In this document: positions 17,701 to 31,461 of the stretch, piece by piece
How positions within the stretch are numbered: the first letter of the stretch is position 1
Layout: the number at the start of each line of letters is the position of its first letter
Assembly (NCBI GenBank): GCA_000934665.2
Contig: JYFJ02000695.1
Coordinates: 1-64,000, forward strand
Direction of reading: 5' to 3'
From: Catajapyx aquilonaris
Lineage: Eukaryota
DNA length: 64,000 nucleotides
Position numbers and translations under genes: made by a program
Notes under the pieces: model-generated
Database searches by the model: none
What the model saw: the letters and a program-made list of their open reading frames with translations, nothing else
What the model was told of the DNA's origin: nothing

Positions 17701-20700
17701 GTTGTAATTACGGAATCTGACTTGCGTGCCGAATATTCCTGGGAAATATTGCAGAAAACATGTGGGCCAATAATAAGTATGGTACTTGCATATTTAGTGT
17801 AATAAATGTAACATAAATAAAGGGGTGGATGGGTAAGGGGGCGATAGGCAGTAAAACTCACGCATATCAAATGAAAAATCGGATGCTTAACTCTCTCGTT
17901 GTTATATGCAACTTATTTTTTCTGAGGCGTGAGAATCTCGCTGTACGTGCTTGTAAATTGCAAAAGACCTTCACATTCATGACTTGAAATCACGTTAAGA
18001 CCGCCATACGAATTCATTGCATAAAGGTTCATCATTGAGAGTCATATTTAAGTGAGGCTGACAATATTATTATTCAAGAAGCCACGTTGAGGAACCAACA
18101 CAGGACACGCACACATGGAGTCAGACTGTTGCATCTGGACACAATGGAAGGTGTTCGTTGCAGGCTTGTTTTAAGTGCAATTTGAGCGATTTTTAACACA
18201 CCCCCATGATTTATTGGCCAATATAGTTCGGCTCATGAAGAGGGTTGTCAGGGCTGTCTAATCTCTATGTAACTAGCATGTAAAATATGGATTGCGTATG
18301 TACAGAGCGTTCCTGACCTTGGTTTCAAATGGAGTTATGGAAAGGCGTATGTGCATGCTGGTTCACGTAACAGAAACGCGGTGGAAAAGCAGCAGGATAT
18401 ACGCCCCCCACCCCTAACTTTTCCCTCTTTTGTTGCCTCAAATTGGGTTCGGTTGACTTCACGCAATTTTAGGGGGAAGTTGGCCGGTATGTTGACGTCC
18501 AGCCGGCAGGAAAGTGTGTCATGTACTGCATTTTTTGGACCACAATTAATGAAATAATTTGGTTTCAGTTTGATGCGGAGTTCCGTCGGTTTGCGCTGGA
18601 CCGCCAAAGCCATGGGAAGTTCGAAGAGTTCCGACAGCTCCTGGAGCAGCTGCACCAACTGGGCAGCGTACCATTCCTCATCAGCTACACGGATCCAAGG
18701 GATGGCGACCTGTTGCCCATCAACAACGACGACAACTACGCCCGAGCACTGTTCAACGCACGGCCCCTGCTGCGAATTATCATACAGAGGAAAGGTACGG
18801 TCAACCTGCTCGAAAGGCAGGAAGTTTGTTTGGTCCCCCCCACCGAATTGCACTCCTGCGGACAGGAAGCCGGGTTGGCCGTCGTGGGAAGCGGTGTACT
18901 CCATTTGTCATGTTGTCAACAAGGCGATGACCCCTCTGATCGCACATTTAAAAAGGGGCAATCTCCACGGTGTCACTGTTGTTCACTTGATGAAGGAAGG
19001 ATTCGCTGTGAATGACCCGTAATAGCGGCCCTGACCAAGCAATTTTGTTCCCATCCAGGGAGAAGGGGAGGGGGGAAATGTAGGGGTCCACTTTAGAGGG
19101 AGTCCCGTAGGCCACTTTTTTTTAGAGGGTGCGTTGAGTGAGTTTTCAAGCGGCATGGTCATCTGGATAGGGTCGACAGGACAAGGGCGTAGTATTTGGG
19201 GAGGGCCGAGTGACGAGAACCGCGTTGCTCTCCATCCGACAAGTGGTCTTCAGGAAATGGGGATGGCAAAGCTAAACAATGCGTGGAGTGATAAAGTGTC
19301 CCGTTTGACAGTTTGCCAAGGTTGGTAGGAACGATGAGCACGGTGTGGTATGTGATAAGCTCGGTGCAAGATGCGTAAAGTTAAGTGACCCTTTGCCGGG
19401 TGTGTGGGGGGAATTTCCGGTGAGGATTGGCATTTTGAAGGAAACTGTTATGCGGGCGGATTGTTCCGTGCTTGCTTATTAATGGAACTATAGTCACGGC
19501 GGTGGATATAAATAGGCTTATCGGGTAGCATTGCTTGAGTCATGGGTTTCATCACCCCCCAGCAAATAACCTGCCTTGTCCTGAGGTCATCGGCTCAAAA
19601 ACCTGCATTTTTATCAGCATTCCTTTCTCAGTTGTGGAGGCAATATGGCCGGACTTTGACCGGCTTGGTCGCTGGCAGGTGCCGGGCACGAGTGCAGCTG
19701 TTTTATCAGTAATTTTGCACGCGCCTACATCAATGCACCATTTTGTGTACTCATGTTTCTATCCCCATTCTAATGAGAGCGATCGTTGGTCCCCACATTC
19801 ATTGGGATGATTCATGCGGAAAGGTCGTAAAGCCGGAAATGATCGGTTGATACAACAACGGTATGACCACGCTCCTTGCAGGCTTGTGGCTTCTGGCAGC
19901 TCAGGCCATATTTTTATCACCTGCCATCACCGTTTTTCATTGATGGGAGATCCCGTCTCGCGAGGTTCTGAGCTGCAGGAAACGATGCCCAGTTTTTGCC
20001 CGGGTTGGGTCATTGGCGCCGGTTTGGACCTTAGCAGACCTTGTATGTGTGTCGTCAAATAGGGGGGGATGGGAGAGGGAAATAATACATGAGATGAGTC
20101 GCGGCTAAAAGATGACCCCTTTTGGCTACGCCCATGCCTTTTGTTTGTCCTGTTTTTGTTTTTTAAGGCGGTGGAAAAGGTGCCGCAGCACCTGTGATTG
20201 GAGACCTTGAAGGCGCCCCCCCCCCCCTCTGTACCCCCCTTCCTTTATATGTGATGCCACGGGAAGTTCAGAGACCTTGTTTCCCTAACCTCGTTTCTGT
20301 GGTAGACAGAGAAAGGGGGAGATTTTTTTTTTGGTAGGGGGGTCCCACTTTGGAAGGGTTGCTACTAATCGGTGGCAGCGATACATGGTTACCTCAGTTT
20401 GCAAATCACCTGTTATTTTGTGAATGTGTTGTAGATCAATTTGTAGGAATCGATTGTTGCACCGTGCATGGTGGCGTTATTTTGTTTTCTTGTAAAGATT
20501 GTGTAGTGTTGTGTAGACTGGTGGAGATGAGTGGAATAATCCTTGACCTTGTGAAGGAGGATGAGTCGCAATTTCAGCACCAGTTCATCCATTTCGGAGA
20601 AAATACCGGCAGGTTTCAGGTCTTGTCTACACTGTATTTCTCTTCCGCTTATCCGGAGATTGATGACACAGACCAAAACATGGGGAAGGAACGCGGGAAA

Positions 20701-23700
20701 GGTGTTACAGGAGGGAAAATGTGTAGTCTGGTAGAGTGAATAAAGGTCAAGTGTGGTCAGCTCAAAAATGAAATAGGTACTGTTACATGCACATTTGACA
20801 TTGCACTATTAGAGCGGTGTGTTCCAGCTGCAGTGTTATCAGGGTACGCGTGCCCCCTGACATAAAAACCGAGCTTTATGCGATTACGGGCACTGGCGTA
20901 ATGGGGGAATGGTACGCGACCACATGTTGCCAGTCTCGGGTGACCCGAGCCGTTGTAATGCGACACCGACCATGCGCTGTTCGCAGGTCAAAAGAGCTGT
21001 CATTTGGCGGATGTTTTTCATCTGGGCACGGCCCGACTATTTTTTTTATTTGCAAACATGCACGTGCTGAACATGCGGTATAGCATTGAGACCATTGACT
21101 CAACTTGGATGGCGTACAGAGTTGGTCGAAATCATTTCGCAGTCAATGGAGCTTACGAACACTCAGAGAGCTAGAGAAGAAAAGAAAAGAAGAAAAAAAT
21201 CTTGAAGGTCAAATAGTTTGTCTTCAAGGAAAAAAAGGTGCGCCTTTTTTCGCGTCATCGGGAATATCTCCGCGATGCGCAATTGATTCATTGGGGAAGC
21301 ACGCGAGAAATGCCGAAGACCATTACGTGCTAAGGGCGCGTAATTTTAGACGATTGTGTCAAACTATTCGGTGTTGCCCCTGAGAATTTATAGCGAAACC
21401 TCCGTTCCCTGTTGTAAATCTGATGTACAAATTCAATTCGCATTGTCTGGGAAGTGACTCACTCCGCTGGTCACGCACCGTGCAAAAAAAACAACATTTC
21501 TGGGCGCAGGATATGGTATGGCGAAATATATTTTAAGTGGGGATTTGTACTCAAAAGTGTTTACTATGATTTGATGTATGTTTTGTTTTTGGTTTCAGGA
21601 GATAGTTTGGAAGAGCTGAATGGGTATGGGACCAACAAGCCTCGCAACCTGATCTCATCCATACTGGGAACACCGAGGCCCAAGCAACACATCTCCATCT
21701 CGGGTCCACATGACTTTCGACAGGTAAGATTATTTCTAGGGGCCCGCACAAGGGAGAGGGAAAAGAAATATTTGCACAAGAGAAAAGGGAGGTTCTCACA
21801 GGCTGTGCGAGAGGCCTGAGAAGAAAGTTTTGCCTGAAAATAAAAATTGAGAGCTATATGGTCTGTTTCGTACGCACATTTTAAGGAAGAAATTTGGAAT
21901 GCCGTGAAACATACAGCCTAGTTTAAAATATTTGAACGACGGTGTCACCCACTTACATGTGGGTGACACACGTTCTGAACAATGCATATTTTGAGCGTTT
22001 ATGCGTTGGGTTCGTTTTATTTGGTTTGCGTATGAAAATGTCTGTCAGTTCTTGACAGTAAAAAAAATATAAAAAAATGAGCCTTGTTGTGTGTGTGCCA
22101 GGAGAGAATTTATTGTCGGATTGTGGAAAAGCTTTCTGGGCGCCTGGTATGTGGGTCAAAGGCATTGCGGGTATGTGTTGTGGGGGTGGAGAGGAGGGAT
22201 TGTTGCAAGCTTTTTCTTGTGCACCAGTACGGAACATCCTCAACATTCCGGCTTCTAATTCCACTATATTTCTTAGATTTGATTTAAAAAATTAGTAGCG
22301 TTTTTGGGCATAAAATGGCAACATAGGTGAGGAAATAGTGAGTCATATCCGGGCGGCAGGGGTAAAGGTCAGGTGACGTAGCTTCCGGGAATCTGGTTCG
22401 TCAGGTTATGAGTGCGAGGGCGTATTAACCTTTTTTGCACCGCTTGAGTATGGAGTCGCTGATGCGTCGGTTTGGTCAGGAGTCGGTTATGGTAAAACAG
22501 GCTTCTTGCACGGATTTACCTGCACGTTCGCCCCATAGTGTGCAACCTTCATGCATAAACATGAAGATTTGAACGAGCCTTTTTGCATAGAAGCGACGTT
22601 TATTAACATTTAATGTTGCCCTGCAGTATGTGAATTTTCTGCATTTGAGCCTTTAAAAAATATCTCCTATAATGATATCATGTTGTTGCCATACAGGTAG
22701 ATAACATGGATGAGTTATGTAGGTGCGAGCACATCACAAGAGATAATGTGAGGCCTTGCGAAATTGGAACTTGGAATCAGACACCACAAAAAAATGACCG
22801 AACAATTGCTATCCTTGGTCATGGGATAATGGCAATCTAAACGCACACAACTTGACCAGGATTTAGCGTAACAGAACGTGGTTTTTATGTTGGCGGCGTA
22901 GGCCCGGTTCCGTTCTGTCTGTCATGTAATTTGCCATATAAGAAGTTAGAGCATGTCGCCATATTAGATCACTTCTCGTCACTTTTTTTATTGCACATTG
23001 TGGTAGGTGGGTATGAGGACATGTGTTGACACAGCAGCTTCTGGGAACAGAGGATGATAGTACGTATTTGATATTGAAATTGCTTCCGGTAGAAAAAATT
23101 TATTGGCGAGTTTGATGGACTAATGAGGTTATGGTAGGCATTTTCTTATTTTCTGTATAGAAAAATTGGGGGGTTGGATCGGTTGAGCGCTGCAGGGCAC
23201 AAATTTCATAATGCAAATGAAGTTAACCTTATTTTCCTGGCGTTGAATTGTAGGCCATGCACGTGCGATCGTGAATTTGGTTACCGGATCACAAGGGGTG
23301 CGTGGTGCTGCAGTGCAATGGAAGTATTTAAATTATCTAACCATTGATCTGTTGTCTGTAAGTCGAGATCCCGAGCGATGAAATGCGATCCGACCTTGAT
23401 GAAGTTTGGCTTACGTAATGTTTATGCAATAACTTCGCTTCCGGAAATGGCACGAAAACGGCATTGTAGTTTGGGTAGGGATTTTGGAGGGTTTATGCGA
23501 ATTGGGCATCAGATAGCGTCAGGGTCGTTAGTGTTTCCGAGTCTATTTTTGGGGAATGTGGGGATAGCGGAACTAACGGGCACGTCTGCTGACAGGGACG
23601 GGTAAGTCACTGATTCGCAGGGTGTTTGTTTACTATGCTGAAGTTTATTCTCATAGGTGGACTGTAAGATGCCAAGTATACCAATTCTGAACTGCGAATA

Positions 23701-25889
23701 AACTTTGGGAGACTATTGTTTGATGGAGTGTGTTGTGCCACTCTCTGACAGTTTTATATCTGGAATTGATACGCGGATGTCACTGACGCAAAAGATTGCT
23801 AGATTGCTGGTGTATACTTGTTGCACCTTGTTTACCTGTGAAGAATCTTGGACTTGGCACATGTTTGGTGACATACTGATGTACTGAACCCCCTGATAAG
23901 GGACAAAAAGAAAAATCCATGCTTTAGTGAGCACTCGCAATATTAATATTATTTTGTTCATTAATACATTATATTCGATACATTATGTTATAAACTTTAT
24001 TTTGGCAATGGTGGTGCAAGTCATGCTTGAGCAGTGATTTATGGCAGTTTACAAAAATATTTAGAAATTAAAAGAACCTGTTTTAGAAACTAGTAGTCTA
24101 AAGTCACATACTTGTGCAGATTAATTTCTTTTTCTTATTAGCACCAAATGAATTTAACCAGTTCTGTTACGGAAACGGTGCAGAAGGATGCAGTTTTCCC
24201 CTGAACTTCCATTAGCAGGGTTCCGCAGTGGGAATGAGAATGTAAGGGTTGGCTGCTTGGAATGTAGTACAGTGGAAAGTGTTTTAATGAGGCAGCAGCA
24301 TGTGTAAAAGTGAGGTGGGGTCTGGGAGGGTGCAGTGTGGAGGGGTTGGGATGTGTTTGCCTCCTGGGGGCAATGATCTCGTGCCCATAACTGTTTGATT
24401 GGGTACCAGAACAACCTTATTCCTGACTTTTCCATGTGGGACATGCTCTCTCACTGATGCCACCAAATATGAATGATAGTTGTGAAACTAATGTACACTA
24501 CTGTATTTTTTTATGTATGTGCAATTTTTCAAGTGGCATCAGTATGATCCACTTGTTTTATTTTAGTGCAAATTATTGTGGTACTATAATAGTTACTGTG
24601 TATTACAACATAACCAAAAACTGCACCCATATTTTTAAGTGAACTCTTCTCATTATATTGGGAAAGAACATAGTAATAAAGGAGTATTTTGCTTTCAAAT
24701 GGTGTTATAGAATTTGTGCCCTATGACATTTATTTTATGAATCAATCCACAGGCAAGACAATCTCACAAATTAGTCAGTTGACATTAAATATTTCTAGTA
24801 GCCTGGTGTGTTAGTGATGATTTTAAATTTATTTCAGGTGTCTGCAATAATTGACGTGGACATTGTCCCAGAAACATGCAGAAGAGTACGGCTATTGAAG
24901 CATGGTTCCGACAAGCCTTTAGGGTTTTTCATCAGAGATGGCACGAGCGTGAGGGTGACACCTAGTGGTCTGGAGAAGGTTCCAGGGATATTCATCTCGA
25001 GGCTGGTGCCAGGGGGGCTGGCGGAGAGTACGGGTCTGCTGGCTGTCAATGATGAGGTTCTGGAAGTCAATGGGATAGAGGTTGCTGGGAAGACGCTAGA
25101 CCAGGTGAGTTGCAGAGATACCTTTTACTCTGTTGTAATTTAAATTTTATTTCACTCATTTGTTGGGGAGGGGGGGGGGGGGATTTCTCAAAAAGGAATG
25201 CTGATTCACCATTGGTGCAAGTATTAGTATGAACTATTGATTCAAATTTGATTTCTTCATTGTGTTTATTTTGTATGTGGACAGCTCACCATTATCTTGC
25301 TCCTATATCAATCCTGTCGACATGCATTTCATCAACTGGTATGCCTATGTGTGTGTGTTGAAGAAAATCGAAATATGCCAACAACTTTCAATTGTCTTCA
25401 TCAGACACATGCCAGTGCTTAATTTGCCAATTACATTTTGTGACATGCCTTTTGATCAAGGAAAATTCTGTTGTTTAGATTTTTGATTGTCCAGTTCTGT
25501 TCCACTCAGTATTTCATGTCCCCCTTGGCAATATGATTTGGAAGTGCATAATAATTAGCAGTACCAACTGCATGGTCCACATCCTACAAAGTCTCTTTTC
25601 ACTTTTCTTTCAGGTGACAGACATGATGATAGCCAACAGTTCTAACCTAATAATAACAGTAAAGCCAGCAAACCAGCGTACCCTTGCCAGTCCACGAAGG
25701 GGCTCCTTCTCCCGCAACTCCCAACTCTCCTCTGGGTCCCAGCAGTCTACCCAGTCTGGGACTGGTTCAGATGATGATCGCTATGACCAGGATGAGATCC
25801 GAGACCTTACGGGGATCACTCTGGAGGACCATTCCCCATCGTGCAGCTCCCTTCAACCAGTCAAGGATGATGGTGTCTTGCATGTGTGA
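14294..25889 (+). CDS. par-6: Partitioning defective protein 6 (PB1, semi-CRIB, PDZ), 5 coding exons
   Basis: Exons 14294-14356 (MSK...VEVKTK), 18569-18794 (FDAEFRRF...[14 protein letters not shown]1), 21599-21723 (ISGPHDFRQ, semi-CRIB), 24838-25104 (VSAIIDVD...[13 protein letters not shown]), 25614-25889 ([22 protein letters not shown]...DDGVLHV stop, C-terminal PDZ-binding motif). Phases consistent. Confidence 0.96.
14747..14793. repeat. (ATT)n microsatellite
   Basis: About 15 perfect ATT units in par-6 intron 1. Confidence 0.9.
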
Positions 25890-27199
25890 CAAGAGATGTA
25901 GAAGAGGGAAGCTATTCAATAGGAAGCGACAGCTAGTTCTGTTTGGAGCGAAAATTAAGCGAGTGACTCTGCCAATTTTTTTGTACATAAAGGGTACTGT
26001 TGAAAGTGGGAAATTTTCTTTTTTTTTCGGGGTCGTTAACATCAGCCTGTGAAATGAGTGATCAGTTTTTGTGTATATTAAGTTTGTTTTGTAATGGGGA
26101 ATACCAAAAAGCATCATTATTGGCATTATTGTTGCATGAGCGTGAGAAAACCTGCACTTTCTCTTCATCTTATTTTTTTCCTTGTTAAAACGCAGTATTA
26201 ATTCTTTCCTGAGTCTATGTTACATTCCAGTTACTTCCAATCGGAAGAAAAAATGTTAGTGCCTTTTAAATGCTCTGTTGGCATTCAGTACTTATTCCAG
26301 TGGAAGTTTTGGTTAGTGCAAAGAGGGTACGAGTACCATTGTTACACTTCCATTCCTGTCTATCAATACCTGTGCAATTAACATGCATTGTTAACAACTG
26401 GGTGACTATCGTTTTTTTGTGGGGGGTAATGTTCAGTTAACGGAATTTAGTTTTACGAAAGTGTTACGAGAAGAAAAAACCTTATGGTGCTTGTTTTGTA
26501 AGGAGTGCACGCGATATACAATTTTTTTATTTAATTTTTTTTTTCTATTGGTAGCTGAGATTTTCCTCATAGGTAGCTATTGCGAGTTAATGATGTCTTT
26601 TAATTATGGTTATCCAGTCACCCACTTTCAGTTAACTATGACTGAAAAATGGGTTGCAAATGAAGTATTGTTGCAAACACAACTAGACTGACTGGCAAAA
26701 GAAATAACAAAGCAGTGCCTTTATAATAAAAACAAATGACTCGATCCATCTAAAATGAGGATAAGTGAAGAGAAGTTAAATAGATTGACCTAATCTTTGT
26801 TAGGATAGTGTATATTTTAATAAAAGTTTTATTTTTAGGGATAATAAACAAGTGCCTTGCGGGCACACATGTGACGAAAGTGATGTACATTTGTCTCGGA
26901 GTGGATTTGGGTGAAGTGAAACGAAAGCAGCTATTGTGCTGATTGGACGGACTCAATTCTTATTCCTCTCCTCACCACTTCCCTGAACTGTAAAGGGATC
27001 AGGGTAAGATATCGCAACTTATGCATTCCAAGCCAATGTTGAACAATATTATTATAATGGCGATATTTTTATACCATGGACAATGCCATTGACACACGAA
27101 TCAACTCCACAAATCCTGAAACCGTCCTGTAGAGAGCCGTATCATGAATAAATTTCCCTTTTTTATGCAACTTGCATGTGTATTATTAAAATAATACAA

Positions 27200-30100
27200 T
27201 TATGTTTTAGGTGGTTCCATGCAATTTCCATCTGGAAAGCACTTCTGGAAATTCTTGATCAGCTCTGGATCCATCAGGCGGACTCCATCCAATTGGTTTC
27301 CCAGAGTTATCCTGCAAAATTTGAATTTCATTTTTAACTTCAGACTAGGGGTAACAGTCTGATGGCATCTGCAGACTTTCTCTGTATTGGAAAGAGTAGC
27401 ATTACAAGATTGGTTATAACACCTCTACCAGGGGTTTCCTGCAAAGTCTTGCCTCCACCTCACCTGCCCCTTTTCTTCCCCCTGGCCAATCATGTGGTAT
27501 GTATATGGTGTGGAGGATGTGAGAAGAAAATGGTCAGTAACTACAGCTGCACTTGGCTGGTATGTGAGGTAAAGGAGAAATGAAGTCTGTAATACTCTGT
27601 CTTGGGAGAAGGATTACAGGTGACGCTAACTTGTGTACAAACTGGAGGAAGAATGATTGATTTAACAATTTCCTGGTGGCAGGGTTGGCTAACCTAGTGT
27701 GGCAATACATCAGGAAAGTTGCAGAAACAGTCATTCGTGATGTGTATAATTAGGGACACAAAACATGCTGCACAAGTGTGGTAAAAATGTGCACTCATTT
27801 ACAGTGGCTGCAATGAAATCGCTGATGCCTGTGCCAGTAGTAGTTTTTAATGCTCTGATTCTCATTAACATGTTATGATGCCTTGTTACTCACTCATCTT
27901 GATCAGTCATCCCTTTCTTAAGATATGAGAGTTCTTCAAACGATCATCTTGGATAGAACTAATACAAGTACACTAGTACAACAGTACACTGGAAGCACTT
28001 CAAGGGACCATGGAAATCAGTCTGCTATATCTGAGAGGTCTGTTCTAGCCAACTAGGAAAGCCATATATGGAAGTATTGCAGGGCGCACTTTTCAAGTTT
28101 TCTATAACCAAGAGCAAGACCAAGAGTCTGTCATAGCCGAGGCTGTTATATACAGAGCATTAAAAATCACAACACTCTGTGTATGACAAAAAAAAAAAAG
28201 AAGGTGCATATTTAACAACTAGAGCACAGTATTCAACTTTTTCTTGCTTTGGTACTTCGAGTGCCTACTTCAGCTTTTATAACCCCTTGTAATAATCAAG
28301 CTACAACAAATTGATAAGAAATCTTATGCTGACCAGTTTGGTTGTACATTGTGCATCCTTCCAAACAGCTCAATCTTCCTGGAGCCAGGGGAGAGTCTTT
28401 CTATGATACCATAGATCTCATCTGGTTTATGACTTGTGGCTCTGACCTCAGCCACAATCACATCACAGTCCAGACCGCGGTTGAGATCAGTGGGGTTTCC
28501 TTTCATGCCTACTAGACAGTGCTCCTTGCCGTGGTTCAGCCAATGGCCTGTCCGCCCTGTCCTGATTATCCTTTGCAGCTGATTTGTCTTCACCCAGATT
28601 ATTTCATCCACACGCTCATAACCCCACAGGAGAAGGCACTCACGCCCAAGCTCCATTGCTCTGAAAATATTGACACTGCCTTTGTTTCCCACTGCAAGCT
28701 ATCAAACAAATAAGCTAACTACATAAAGAAGAGTGGTAGCACAAGAGTACATTATACTTACATTCAAACATAACTGATCAATTCCTATGTAAGTAATACT
28801 TATGAGCAGTATCATAAAAGAAGCAACAAACTGAATATGAGATAGGATTCATGGAAAATTGGTCTCACCGTCCAGTGACCCACAAGAAGATGAGTCCCTC
28901 ATCCTGCAAGGCTGGAATGTTCAGCTGCCTCATCTCATCATCAGACATGGTCCCATAGGGCAGTTCCATATGGATGTCCCATGGTGGATCAGCCATGATG
29001 ACAGCAAACTTCCCCAGAATTGCCATGTCCAAATAGCGCAAGTCACATTGGATCCACTGTGCCGGGTACAGCACACTTGTCTCCTGTGTGGCCTTGGGCA
29101 CCTCTTTTTCTGGTTTCACCCCTTCCTTAGGTGCTGTAGTGGAGCCGTCCACTTCGTAATGCACATACTTGCATGTGTCCATATGGAAGCAGGTGTTGAG
29201 GAAGGAGCAGTCCCCCAGACTTTCGTCCGTGTGTTTCTGGATGATCTTCTTAAAGTGCAGCTTCTTGCAGGGCTCACTTGTGCCACTCACCTTGGTGCAC
29301 TCCAGCTTGGTGCCATGAGGGCAGAATTCTTTCACCTGTGCCCCATCTTTGGACCTGAACCGTTCAGCTAAGGAGCGTTCCTTGGCAGTGGGTTTGCTCA
29401 GCAGATCTAATATCTCTTCTCCAACCTTCTTGGTCTCTTTTTCACGTGCAGAGGGCATTGACAATAAACTCTATCAATAAAAGAATACATTAGAGGAAGT
29501 AGTGTTCATTACAATTTAAATTGCTGAAACCTAAATTGGTTCATATCTGTGTCAACTGACAATGTAAATTTCTTGCATCATATTTCATTAGGATGTTACA
29601 TGTTTCATAACTTGAGTTCCACCCTGTTGCTACATGTTACGTGTTATGATGTGCATTTGTCAAAATTTATTACCATAATGTCATCATCTTTCTTCTCCTC
29701 CTTCTCAACCTGCTGGGCCTTAGGTTGGGGCTCACTTTCAGAAGTTTCATCACCTTTGCGTTTCTTGCCAACGCTACCTTCACCTTCCAGGTCATTAACC
29801 ATTGCCAAGAGTCTTGTGTGTTCTGCACCAACTATCTCCAGGACTGTTTTACCTTCCTTGATGGCTTCCAACACACTGGGGAAAAAATTTCCTCATAAAA
29901 TGTGCATGTTGCTCGAGTCCATTTCCATTTTTCTTTTACCTTATCAGTTCCTGAAATGCAAATTTTTGCAGCAAATTGACAATGGTAACATGTGGGACAT
30001 GTCTGTCAAGAGATTTTCGGACGATGGCCACCAGCTGTCGGGAGTCTATTGGAAGAGTCAGGGTAACCTCTGCTAAGCATTTTAGCAGTTTCTTCTCCAC

Positions 30101-31461
30101 ATCAGGATCAGGCTTAGTCTCAAGCGTCATATCCTGAGGTTCCTCTTCATCAACTGAAAAGGAACGAACATTTTTTTAAAGACACTTTATCCCAAATCAG
30201 TCACTGAATTTTAAAAACTCAAATGATCCCTATTATTAAAACATTTACTATGTTTATTAAGTATTAAATGCTGGAATTTACTACCCCAGATTGCTTAATC
30301 CAGTTGCATACCACCTAGATTTTGAATCTCACATTTTGTCACACTTCCAGCTCAACTAGAGCACTTCAGCAACCTTCCTCCGCCTTGGCCTTTGCAAAGC
30401 AATAGTCGGTAATGCTTGTGTGTGTGTTGGTACAAAGAAATAGGATTATATTTGCACAATTTGAATTCACATGTATGTCCTCCATAGCAAATTAAACAGA
30501 CCTCAACCCTGAATCTCATTTTAGTCCCATAGAATGTAGTTACAGGTAACAATCTTATACACAATTGATCTGTAACAAAGAGATAATTTATAATTGATGA
30601 ACTAAATAAACGTTACAAAGTAATATCCACTGTAAACAGTTCATCATTATCAGGTTTAAGAAATTTCATGTGCCCAAAATGGGGTAATTTTTGTGCAAGG
30701 ACAAGGACAAAGAAAAGATCTAAGAGTTCGTCATTTTAACCAAACGTTGGAGGTCCACTGTCAATTAAGTGCAATCTCCTATCCCTTGCTCAATCTTTAA
30801 CTGGACTTACAATTACAATATTTTTACAGGTTTTAGGTATGATGGCCAAACCAGAAATTGATAAATAATGGAAACGACATTTATGGGATCAACTTATTTG
30901 ACCTTGAAAGTTGGTAATAACTAATAAGGTTTCAGATCACCATATATACATGCCCAGTAGTAAGGAAAGCCATAAACTACACATCTAAGCTGCGACTTCC
31001 ACTGTACCTTGCACTTTGGTAACTGGCAAGGCTGCACTCGAGCTTCCATCTGCCTTCTTTACCAAATGAGGTGCCTGGTTATCTGTAAAATAAAATTTAC
31101 TCAGTTATTCAGCCATTCAGGTACTGTGTAACTTTTGCATGAGTTCCAGTCAAGTAACTTGGCATGAGACAATAATCTTGCTTGAGAGTTGCTTTCTTGT
31201 TGCATTTATGGCAGGTAGATTGCAACATGTCCTGCAAACTTTACGGAATTTTTAAGACATTCATGATGTATGGAATTACTCCGTACAGGGAACTGCCCCA
31301 CTTCACCCTGTATCAGTTAGACAGAATGCAGAAGACAGAGTAGCTCATATACCTTGGTTGAGTAATATTCCCTGCAGCCCCTTCTTGCGCTCCTCAAGCT
31401 TCTTCCTCAGGGTATTCCTCTTGCTCTTAAATGCCTGGATGTCTTCCCAAGCGTCAGACAT
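27200..31461 (-). CDS. METTL3: N6-adenosine methyltransferase catalytic subunit METTL3 (Ime4/MT-A70), 7 coding exons
   Basis: Exons (minus): 31461-31353 ([27 protein letters not shown]), 31082-31008, 30153-29940, 29875-29674, 29470-28869 (CCCH fingers, catalytic [14 protein letters not shown]), 28660-28334 ([27 protein letters not shown]), 27311-27200 (ITLGNQLDG...TAA). The small second exon is the least certain. Confidence 0.95.

Noticed and set aside
18795..19015. par-6 exon 2 frame stays open into the intron (possible PB1-only isoform)
   Set aside because: Good donor at 18794/18795; the read-through peptide has no recognisable features or other support.
27985..28160. Decayed pogo/Tigger-like MITE in METTL3 last intron, and a short inverted repeat at ~38590-38690
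   Set aside because: Too degenerate to define ends or TSDs.
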